Of a DNA stretch of 64,000 bases, positions 54,096-64,000 are shown piece by piece. The stretch's first letter is position 1. Each line of letters starts with the position of its first letter. Both the position numbers and the translations under genes were made by a program. The stretch is from Dimorphilus gyrociliatus (lineage: Eukaryota; Animalia; Annelida), in assembly GCA_904063045.1 (NCBI GenBank), contig CAJFCJ010000006.1:2470946-2534945 (forward strand). The letters run 5' to 3'. The notes below the pieces were generated by a model. It worked only from the letters and a program-made list of their open reading frames with translations. It did no database searches and was not told where the DNA came from.

Positions 54096-57000
54096 CTACT
54101 TGAAACACTTTAAAACAGTATCACTTATAGTGTGAATAAGCTTGTTGTTTGAATCTAAATAGCTTCGTATCCCTAACCTTAATCTCTTTTTTGACTTTTT
54201 TAAAGTTTTCATTGTTAAATCCCATAACTTAGTTTGATCTCTGAACATATATAACTCTCTAATGTCGCCAGTAAAATCGAAGAAATCTCTCTGTAGTGGT
54301 ATTAAAAAGAAACTGATATCATCACTGAAATTAATAAAAAAGGAACAGCAAGACTGTTAACTTACTGCATCATCTCCAGATAATTCAACAGCGAGATGAT
54401 CCTGATTATCCTGTAGATTTATCTTAAATTTCATTCTGACCTGAAGAAAAGGTGGACTGAGATCTTCTTCTGCAAAAAGAGAAATTTTAAAAAAGATTTA
54501 AACTTGTAAAAGAGAATTTACTTTCGTGATTTACACAGATTTTGAAACAGCTTGGACACATTAAAGATACAAAATCATTCTCTTCCATTTTGTCCCTAAA
54601 AAAAATCACTTAAAGGGAATAAACGATAGAATATTAAGAACCAACTTTTCCCAACTTAGAAACATATTTTCAATTGAATTATTCGGAATGATACAATCTT
54701 CGGCAGGGTTTATGAGACCTTCTCTATTCGAGGTGAAAGTTAAGATATTAATAAAGCAAAACAGTTTTAATATTTTAATAATTTACTCGTGTGAACAAAT
54801 GTTACAATATAATTGTATAAATTGATGATTTTCGATGCTTGTAAAACTTGAAATGTAGGCCTCAATTTTACAAATTCCAGGTTGTCTGTCACTTTTTTTC
54901 AACTTTTTCAAACTTATAAAACTTCCATCGTGTCTAATTTCTATCAAAAGAGAAGAAAAAAAAATACTCTCTTTTTTGTATGATTAGGCAAAAATGTAAT
55001 TCACCAGTGTCGACATCTTGAGTTAGGAGAATTCGGTCTTCCTCATCTTCTTCTACAATCGTTTTGTTATTGCTATTGTTAGCATTGTCAGAGGGTTTTA
55101 CAGTAACAAGCCTTTGAAACATTTTAATAATCGATACCCTTGGATCATCATCGTTTAAAACCCGAATATCTCTATTGAAACCTTTTCCATTTCCGTGGAC
55201 ACAAATTTCATAATAATCAATTTCTGCTTTCTTTCGTATATCCGCATTAGTGACTTCGATATACTCACCAAGCTGAAATAAAGTATCTTATCATCTCTGT
55301 ATAATATTGAAGTAATCTTGTACATTACCTTTATTTTACACGCTTTTTCGGCGTGTTCATCATAGACGAAAATGTAGTGTAGATATTCTTCATCGGGGCA
55401 AATTGAATTATTTATCTCCTCAACCTCATCCTCTTTAACTTTTGCCTTAGAGAATCTGAATTAAATAAGCAAATAAATGTGAAATTTTAATTTGATTTTC
55501 TTTAATATTATACTTTAAACCCTTAGTTCCATCCCAAGCCACTAAAACGCAACAAAATTTTTTGTTTGATAATCTTTCCGCAATATTTGGTGAATACATT
55601 TTTCCTATAAGCTACAATTAAAGAATTTAATATTAAAATAAAAGAAATGCATAGAAACTGCAAAATAATAAACCTGACAAACGAAATCAGTATAGCATCG
55701 ATGACTTATAGTTCCAAAATTATCTCCTTTAACCTTTCCTCTGCTTTCGTATAGACTGCCAATATTTCTTTTAAGAACCTCAATACTACTAGCATCGTCA
55801 TCATTGAGGTATATATATTTTTCATTCTTTTCACTTTTTGCGCATAGTTCAAAGGTGAGATTAGACAAACAAACAAAATCTCCAACCTATGGAAATTTTT
55901 ATATAGCTTTTTATAGAATAGATTTTAAATTTAAATAGAGAACTTTAATATGCTTCATCTGATCTTGAAATTTTTGATGTATATATAGATCATACGATCT
56001 ATTCCAAACTAGGGCAAGTAAGGGTGATATAGACTTCGTACAATCTATATAGTCAGTCAAAGGCGAATTTTTTAAGTGTCTGCAAATATAAAACTTATAT
56101 ATTAATATATAATAGCGAAGATGACATTCATTAATAATACTTTATAGTAAAGAGTAACATACAATTGAGCTTTAGTTCCATCCCATATCTTCAATAAAAA
56201 TTCACTTCCCCTTTCAATTATAGCTAAAATTTTACATCTCAAAGTAAACGGGAAATTTTCAGTCGCCAGATCGCTTATTGCAAATTCTACAGATGTTTTT
56301 AAACCGCTTGAATTTATACTAGGTTTTTTACTCTCCCAAAATTTTCTTAATTCAGTTATCTACATTAACAAACGGTGAAGTAAACGTGATCAAAAAGCTA
56401 TACACTGTATATATATATATATACATATATAATGTATATACTGTATATGTAGTAAAAATTAATTCTTACATATTTTATATATGGTCGTTTGTATTTAAAC
56501 TTTTTCCTTCCATAAGTCAAGGGAGAGAGCGAAGAATTTACGTCACCAGAAAATTTCGCCCAAGCAGCTCCAACACTGTCAGATGCAACACATTGCAATT
56601 TTTCGTTAAATAACTTGCACTGAAATAGAACAAGACGTATTAAATATAAATATTTGAGTATATGTACATACCTCCATCCGCTTAATTATAAGTATCTCTC
56701 CTTCTTTATTTGGAAAAGGGAAATCAGCTTCATTTTGACTAAATAAAGTTACGCCTAGACGTCTATCCGATCCTGATGTATCAATCAATTTGAGAAAGAA
56801 CTTGTACTCTGTTTAGAAAATAGTTCATTTATAATAACATTTGGATGAATAAGAAATTCTTACTATCATTTTTTAATGATTTAACACAATCCGAGAAAAC
56901 AATTATTCCACAGATATTATATTTCGGTCCGCAAGGTTTCAGTTGACTAATTGGAACAAAGACATCTTCCGATAGTGACTATTTAATAATATAATATACA

Positions 57001-57631
57001 TGTTATGTTATTGTATTGTGTATTATAGCTAATTCTATATAAGGAAAATATATAAAGTGCATACGAATTTAAAATATATATACCTGAACTTCGGAGATAA
57101 ATACCCAAACTTCTGTCAAGTTTGGCGGTACATTGTTAGTTTCCAGTTTGTATTCATGTGGGCTGTTGACATTAGCTGAAGCATTTATTAATGCTTTATT
57201 GAAGATAAGAACGTCCTAAAAATTATAAAATTTTTCATTATATCAATTTCATATAGGCGAAAGGAACCTTAGGTTCGATAGCATCTAGTATTCTGCTGTA
57301 TTCTTTCGTCAGAAAACATTCTATCATCTGATCTTCATTATCAGGATCGTTTAATATTATTTTCTTCCAATCGAACTTTTTAGTATGTGAGAAAGCTTCT
57401 TTAATTTCTCCCTGAGAGAGAGAAAAATATTAAATGCCATTGGAAATTTAAAACAAGTATATTTTATTTTTTTTTGTTTACCACTATCCATTTACTTTCA
57501 TATTCTTCGCCCACTTTCAGATCGTTGATTTTAATTATTTCAATATTCTTTTTATTTATAAGAAATTGTCTTGCGCTCTCTAACGGATTAGCTGTTTGGA
57601 AAATTTGAATTTTCTCTCTAATTCCAGTCAT
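54096..57631 (-). CDS. POT1: Protection of telomeres protein 1 with an extra N-terminal domain
   Basis: OB1 (FVPISQLKPCGPKYNICGII; LIDTSGSDRRLGVTLFSQNEADFP...GEILIIKRM), OB2 (FLLKIWDGTK; EICVHGNGKGFNRDIRVL) and OB3 with two CxxC pairs (LYCNIC, MCPSC). The end LGIRSY...HTISDTVL resembles the POT1 C-terminus. Confidence 0.9.
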
Positions 57632-57674
57632 CTTCCAAATATTGAATTATCGCTCAGAGGTAAGCTGCTCTTAT

Positions 57675-57685
57675 GCGCGGGAAAA
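57675..57685 (-). promoter_or_regulatory. E2F-type site upstream of POT1
   Basis: TTTTCCCGCGC on the minus strand, about 45 bp upstream of the POT1 ATG. Matches TTTSSCGC. Confidence 0.5.
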
Positions 57686-57968
57686 ATGTGTTCCCTTTTC
57701 GAAACAAATGTTTTAGTAAACAAAATTCTTTTTAAAGGACTAAATAACAATATTTATTAAAATCTTAAATTTAAACATATCGAAAAAGTGCATTTTGATT
57801 TATATTATTAAAGAGAACGATAAAAGGTCGAGTTGTGTTTTAAAAAGTCATGAAACAATTTCCCTTGAGGGTGACAGCCAAAATATATACTTTCCTAGCA
57901 ACATGTATAAATAATTGAGACCAATATAAGTATTTCACAACATTGAGAGTATTCAGTAATATTCTGAG

Positions 57969-59628
57969 CTAGGAGCTATGTCTCTTTCTGATATTTGAAA
58001 GAGTTTCATACGCCTTTTGAATTTCCATGAATTTGGTTGTTGCTCTTTCCTTTTCTTTCTGATCTAAGTGTTTATCAGGATGCCATTTTCTAACCAAACT
58101 ACGATAAGCAGCTGATATTTCCTTATTACTTGCGTTATCATCTAATTCAAGAACCTAAAACATATCGGCAAAATGTATAAAAATGCATATATTTAAAATA
58201 TAATTTGAATTAATTACACTATAAGCGTTAGCTTCTCCTTCAGGATCAAGCTGAATTTGTAACATTTTCCACATTTCTACCCAGCCATGTTCCTTTGAGA
58301 ATAATTAATAAAATTATACAAACAAATTTTTATCAATAGATACCGTACTTGATAAGTATTGTATAACTCTTGTAAGGTACTCTTTGTATCTTTCCAAGCA
58401 GGTGATGTAAAGAAATTGTGTAGTGCATCCTTAAGTAGAATTTTTTCACCGTCCTTTGTTTCAACTGTTGCGTTCTGATATCTATAAAATATAATTGAAA
58501 CATCATATATATATATCTATATATTCATATATATTTACGGTACATTCCCTTAATAGAACAATTATTATGAAATGAAGGTTATCTTATAGATGTACTAATT
58601 ATTTTACTTTGAGATTTCCTTTGATAATAATAATGAAACATTTTTTTTAGTTATATATTTCTTAAAATTTTACTTACAAAGCTAATGTTAAAAATAATGA
58701 GTATATTGCCATAATAATGAACATTATAGAAAGAGCTTTCGCACAATGGGCTCTTTTTAATCCAATAGGCTTCCATGATTTACCTTTCCAATTAGATAAT
58801 ACTGCACAGAGTAGAATAGGATATCTAGAAAAGAATACAAGTTTTTCTTAGTTTTCTATAATATAGATTTAGAACATACGCTGATGAGTAGTCAAAGAGA
58901 AAAAATACAGATCCACCGTAAGCTCCAATTAAACACCATTTAAATGAAATTCTTTCCATACCAATATTTCCAATTAAAGAAACAGCTAAAACGTATAATA
59001 AAATGAGATTCTTATAAGTTTAAGGTAAATTTTAAAAATAAAAGTAATATCACCTAAAGCAATACCGAATGGTACAAAAATCCAACCAACAAATATTCTA
59101 GTTATAACAAGGAATGTACTGTTTTGTTCGTAAATTTCGACTGGAAAAATTGAAAAGAATAACGTTTGTAAATAGTAGCCAAATAGAATTTCAGCACAAA
59201 ATCTTAAGAGGCTGAACTTTGGTGCGGTTCTACATCTTTGAATTGCTTTTAGTTTGTCTACATATTCAGAAGTGAGATTTGATTCTTCAACATAGTCACT
59301 TATTTTTAAAATATGTCTGAAGTATTCAATACCAAAAGCTCCGAATGTAAACCACATAAGTAAAGCATGTCTATAACGGCCTAAATAAATGAGATGTAAG
59401 GCTATGGTCCCTCCAAAAAACCATAAAACGTAAGCTATTAATAAACTCTTTTTTCCTTCTTTGATCTTTCCACTATCTTCATTATTTCCATTAAATGTCT
59501 TTTTATTCTTTAAAAAGAAACAATTTTTAAGATAAAAACCCTTCTATCTAAGAAATTAAAAGAACATTCATTACGATCTATTTATTTCTTACTTTTTTAA
59601 TTTGTTGAGTTGATATTGAATCACTCAT
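57969..59628 (-). CDS. DNAJC22: DnaJ homolog subfamily C member 22 (TM2 domain, TM region, C-terminal J domain)
   Basis: KSLLIAYVLWFFGGTIALHLIYLGRYRHALLMWFTFG (TM2), PKFSLLRFCAEILFG, and a J domain ISAAYRSLVRKWHPDK...KFMEIQKAYETLS. Confidence 0.92.
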
Positions 59629-60899
59629 CTTGTTTTCAATAATTATATTTTTGCTTTGTTGTAATTAAAGCATCCTACACAAGAATTAAAAAAACGAAGG
59701 TACTATTTTCTAGTTTTCGTCTGCTTGAAAATTGATTAACAAGTTGTTCAAGCTCGTAGAATACAACTAAGGACTAGATGGCGTGAACATAATCATTTTG
59801 AGTTTTATAATTTTTCGTTATAAAACTATTATTAACATAATTTTAAAAATTAAATCTACATCTTTCATAAATATTTGAAAGTAATTAAATTTCTATAATT
59901 AACTTTTATTTAGAAATTTAAGGACGATAATATAAGTCTTTTCAGATATAGGTCCATTTTTTTTTCTCTCAACCGATCTCAATTTTTCCTGAATGTTAAA
60001 CGATCTATAAATCGAAATCGATTTTTTAAAAAAATCAAGTATACTGTAAAAATTCGTATCTTCTTTCTAAAAATAGAATAACTAAGATCCCTAATTCATA
60101 GAAAAGCAAGGCTAAGTTACACATAATTAAATAGAACGATCTAGAATATACTGTATATATTCAGTACATATATTAGTGATTAATAACTTGTTGCATTATT
60201 GAAACCAAGAAGAAGTTTGAATTTAATAAATTGAATGTTTAGTTAATTACAAAATGCATATTTTTATCATAATATTCGATAATCTTTTGTTCTAATTGAA
60301 AATTGTTTATGTTTTATTTTCACATTAAAATTGTTATTTACTTTCGTTTTTGAATAAATATTATTGATTTTTGGATATAAATATTAACGAATTATATTAA
60401 GACAAAAATTAAATTCGATTTATTATATTAGTGTATATACCTAATTTTATAATAGAAAAGTTATTTTTTCTTCTTGCTTGACAACGACCTAAAGAGAGCT
60501 CTATCGATTGTTATAGGTTGAACTTAATAGAAAGTATAGAACATAGCCAGTGAACTACTAAAAAACTCTTTTATTTTACATATATTAATATTTGAATACA
60601 TAGAACATTCAAATTAGAATCTAGTTAGCTGCAATTATTTACTATAACAACAAATATAATGTTACTTTAAGGCATACAGAGGATAAAATATCATTCATTA
60701 TCTGTCATGTAAGATAAAACTATATGTAGAAACTTTCCCCTTCTGTGGGAGATGTAATAAAATCTATTATGATGATTTTAAATAATAATAGCAAAGGCTT
60801 AGAGGTTTTTATTTGTAGTTTACCTATCGTTAAAAATAACGATAACAGTAAAATTTTATAGTTATACTATATTGACAAAAAATGTATCTAACCTTTCTA

Positions 60900-60924
60900 C
60901 CTCTCTCTCTCTCTCTTTAGAGCC

Positions 60925-60961
<37 letters not shown>

Positions 60962-60979
60962 ATATATATATATATATAT
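60900..60979. repeat. Compound (CT)n and (AT)n microsatellites
   Basis: (CT)n at about 60900-60916 and an interrupted (AT)n at about 60929-60979. Confidence 0.95.
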
Positions 60980-61197
60980 GCATTAGGAGGAGTACGTCTA
61001 ATTTACCCATGATGGAAGATTGATGTAATTATTGATTTGATATTTTGTATGGAAATAAACAGACTATCTTATTAACACATATAATTATTTAGCTATGAAA
61101 ATAAAACGAAACAAAACCATACAAATATAAACTATCTTGATCAATCTCAACTATTTGCTATTCAAAGAGAAGGTCGTTTGATCACGTGGAAAAAAAT

Positions 61198-61227
61198 CTC
61201 TCTCTGTCTCTCTCTGTCTCTCTCTCC
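61198..61227. repeat. Imperfect (CT)n microsatellite
   Basis: tctctctctgtctctctctgtctctctctc is directly visible. Confidence 0.9.
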
Positions 61228-62181
61228 TTTAGTATTAACAACTAAGAGAGGAAAAAACTTATGGTAAGGAAATAAGATATAAATAAGAAATTATTATTAA
61301 AACTGTAAAAAAAAAGTAAATAAAAGTTTATAATACGATAGCACTCGTTGCTACAGATAAATAAATATTATATTATAATATATTGGTGTTATTATTTTAT
61401 ATAGGATATAAAGAATTTTCAGGGTTATGCAGAAGGGGATTGACATTAACTTTATGATATCTGCCTATAGAAATCTATATTTAAATACATATTAATTTTT
61501 CTTAATAGACAATTTGTATTTTTTTATAGTTTATATTTGCATTTGTTTGTTTATCCTCAAAATTCTTTTGTTGCTTTAATGATAAATTCTCTCAAGTAAG
61601 GCATTTAGAACTCATTGATAAGTAATTTAAATATGAACGCACAAGGAAAGGTAGGTGGCGTAAACAAATGGATTTATTTTAGCTTTTTTTAATGTTCTTT
61701 TACATTTTTTTACATTTTTTGGCACAAGATAAAAGTTTTATATCATAAATAATCATATTACTCAATATAGTTTACGGTAAATAATATTATATCATCTAAA
61801 TTTTAAAAGATGGAGGACGATAATATGAGTTCTTTGAGTATTAAAATTACTATTTACTTTTTTATCAGTGTACATTGTAATTTTTTTTATTTTTATGTTT
61901 ATCGAACATTATTTTTAAGAGGAATATGGATTTTGCTTTTATTTGGAACATAATGTTTATTTACTAGCAAAACCATTCATAACACTCTTATAAAGAGTAG
62001 GCCTAGATATAATGATAAATAATTCGTGTTTATTGTTATTGCATATGCAGTTTTATAATAGAAATTATTGCGTATAATTTTAGTAAAGCAAGACTTTGGG
62101 CTTAATATATTGAGGTCTTTTCACAACGCAAACCAAGTTATATATAGGGCGTCCATGTGTAAAGAAATTTTTATGCTGAAA

Positions 62182-62195
62182 CCAATGACGATTGG
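62182..62195. promoter_or_regulatory. Inverted pair of CCAAT boxes in a locally CpG-richer patch
   Basis: CCAAT-GACG-ATTGG. Promoter-like, but the target gene is not identified. Confidence 0.3.
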
Positions 62196-64000
62196 CTGGT
62201 GTTTCGATTAAATATCGGTTAAGATATCGTTCTCGATTCGATTTCGGAAAACACGTTAATTTCTATCTGCATAGTGAGCCTGTATATTCGTAAAGTAGTA
62301 GAGTCCTGAATGATTAAATATTTTTAAGTTTGGTTTTTTCTTCCCGCTTAGTCCAGATTTTGGGTTTAAAATTATTGTAATTAGGAAAAATGAATTATAA
62401 CCCACCGGTATGTTTAAATTTATTATTCTATGTGCGTCTTCTTTGTCGATACTCGTCGCTGTATTATGTATTCTCCTGCTTAACATCGGGCGGAACAGCC
62501 TAAACAAATCATTTCTTACTTTAAAGCGTGCAAAAGTGAAAAATCACGCATCCTTTACTGTTTTTTTTTGAATTAAGTATATGAAACATTTATATTTTCA
62601 ATAATGATTTACTTATTTATATTTTCTTACCCTATATAAAATAATGAAGTTTAATTTCTAACTCATGGTTTAATTGACAAAAGCACTGGTTGTATTTTAC
62701 GTAGGCATATACTCTCCTTTCCACTTAACTTGAATTTATTTACAATTTGTTTCTACGAATGTATGCGCCATAATATAAAACATTTGCGTCATTTTTTTTG
62801 TCTTTTTCTCTTCAACCCAATTAAGAAAATCAGGAAGGTTATTGGGATTTTTTGAGCCTAGCAAAGTCGGATTTAGATTAAGTAAGTGTAGTATATATTT
62901 TTTTAATTAATTAAGACATAATGTTGATTTTTAAAAATATTTCTTATAGTATAGTCGATTTGTACATAGTACTTTTTGTTTTTACAGACTGTTACAGTAT
63001 GCTTTTTCTTTAGTAAAAACAATATACAAATAAAGCAGAAGAGATTGTTTAGTTAATTTGGTAAGGAAAATTATATAATTATTAAATATATCGTATGGAA
63101 AAAATTACACGTAAATTCATATGGTTCTCTCTTTTCAGGTAATAACAATATAAAAAAAAGCGACAACACCAGCATTAGATAATCCTTCCAAATATATGAT
63201 ATATAAACAAAAAGTAGTTTAATAAATTGCATTAACCGTTTTCTCTTTCTTATTGTTTGTAAAGGAAAGTTAATTTCAATAAGAAATAATGTAATAAATA
63301 CTTTTCTTTTAATGCTTAAGGGAGGTTTTAACAATATCTTTTCTCTTATTTTTTTTTATTTTGTCTTATCCCTTCTCTTTAAAAAAAGAAAAGATATTAA
63401 ACTTATACATATTTGATATTCATATCGGGAAAATATTCCCTAAGAAAAGGTTTATAAGGATCTTATTAATTTTTACCTAATAAATATTTTACGTAAAAGT
63501 AAGAAACAAATCCTTTTTTCATTTAGTGTCGGGTTATAGTATTCTTTTCTAAATTCAACACTTAACTTTTCATTTCATGTTTTTAATTGAATTTGTATTC
63601 TAGTTTTCCTTTTAAAAATCATAAATCTTTGATTTTAATTGTTAATGAAATATGCTTTAATAAACAAAGAAAAAGGAGAAACTGATAAAATATATTCGTG
63701 GTAAATATGAGGTATCGAGGTCATAGAGAGAATAATCTGCTTTGAAAATTGTGCCAAAAAATTTGCTTCATTAAGAGTGAAATTTATGATAAACAATATG
63801 AAAAGGATTTTATAGGGAACTTGAAAAAAATTTGATAAATTGAATTAATCAAAGAAAAAGACTATTAAAATCCTTTTTAAGTAGGCAAAATAACTTTTTT
63901 GAAAGTAATTATCATTAGAAATATAATATTGTTGTCCAATTAATAAGAAACTTCTAATCTTTATCATGGAAATTTTTCAATAGGCAAGAAATCATACCTC

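Noticed and set aside
54171-54182. Telomere-like TTAAGGTTAGGG (minus strand) inside the POT1 coding sequence
   Set aside because: Only one perfect TTAGGG, encoding LRLG in frame. Expected by chance; no array.
62256-62507. Minus-strand 83-aa ORF with a mitochondrial-presequence look
   Set aside because: It starts at a non-ATG codon, no coherent downstream exons were found, and no family is recognisable.
63071-63334. 87-aa hydrophobic ORF (and the similar 28893-29105 ORF)
   Set aside because: Low-complexity AT-rich DNA gives F/I/L/K-rich chance ORFs.

Overview
AT-rich, very gene-dense eukaryotic (metazoan, probably invertebrate) genomic DNA with short GT-AG introns, mostly about 50-110 nt; the species cannot be determined from the sequence. 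I can support about 18 spliced protein-coding genes. In order: a partial acidic ORF at the left edge, pecanex (-), SPT6 (+), three tandem secreted bacterial-type sphingomyelinase C genes (+), CCDC87 (-), an unidentified two-TM gene (-), CUTC (-), ARMC3 (+), SEC62 (-), NUDT18 (+), HAUS5 (-), WDR47 (+), ERMARD (-), MTHFR (-), HOP2/PSMC3IP (+), Custos-like (+), POT1 (-) and DNAJC22 (-). About 4.3 kb of low-complexity, largely non-coding DNA follows. No rRNA, tRNA, CRISPR array or intact mobile element was seen. The most interesting loci are (1) the sphingomyelinase triplet, with Cys-rich accessory modules and a near-identical 284-bp tract shared by copies 1 and 3, and (2) a POT1 with an extra N-terminal OB-like domain and apparently no HJRL insert. 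Gene names come from recalled similarity to known orthologs, not from a database search. Exon structures were spliced by hand.
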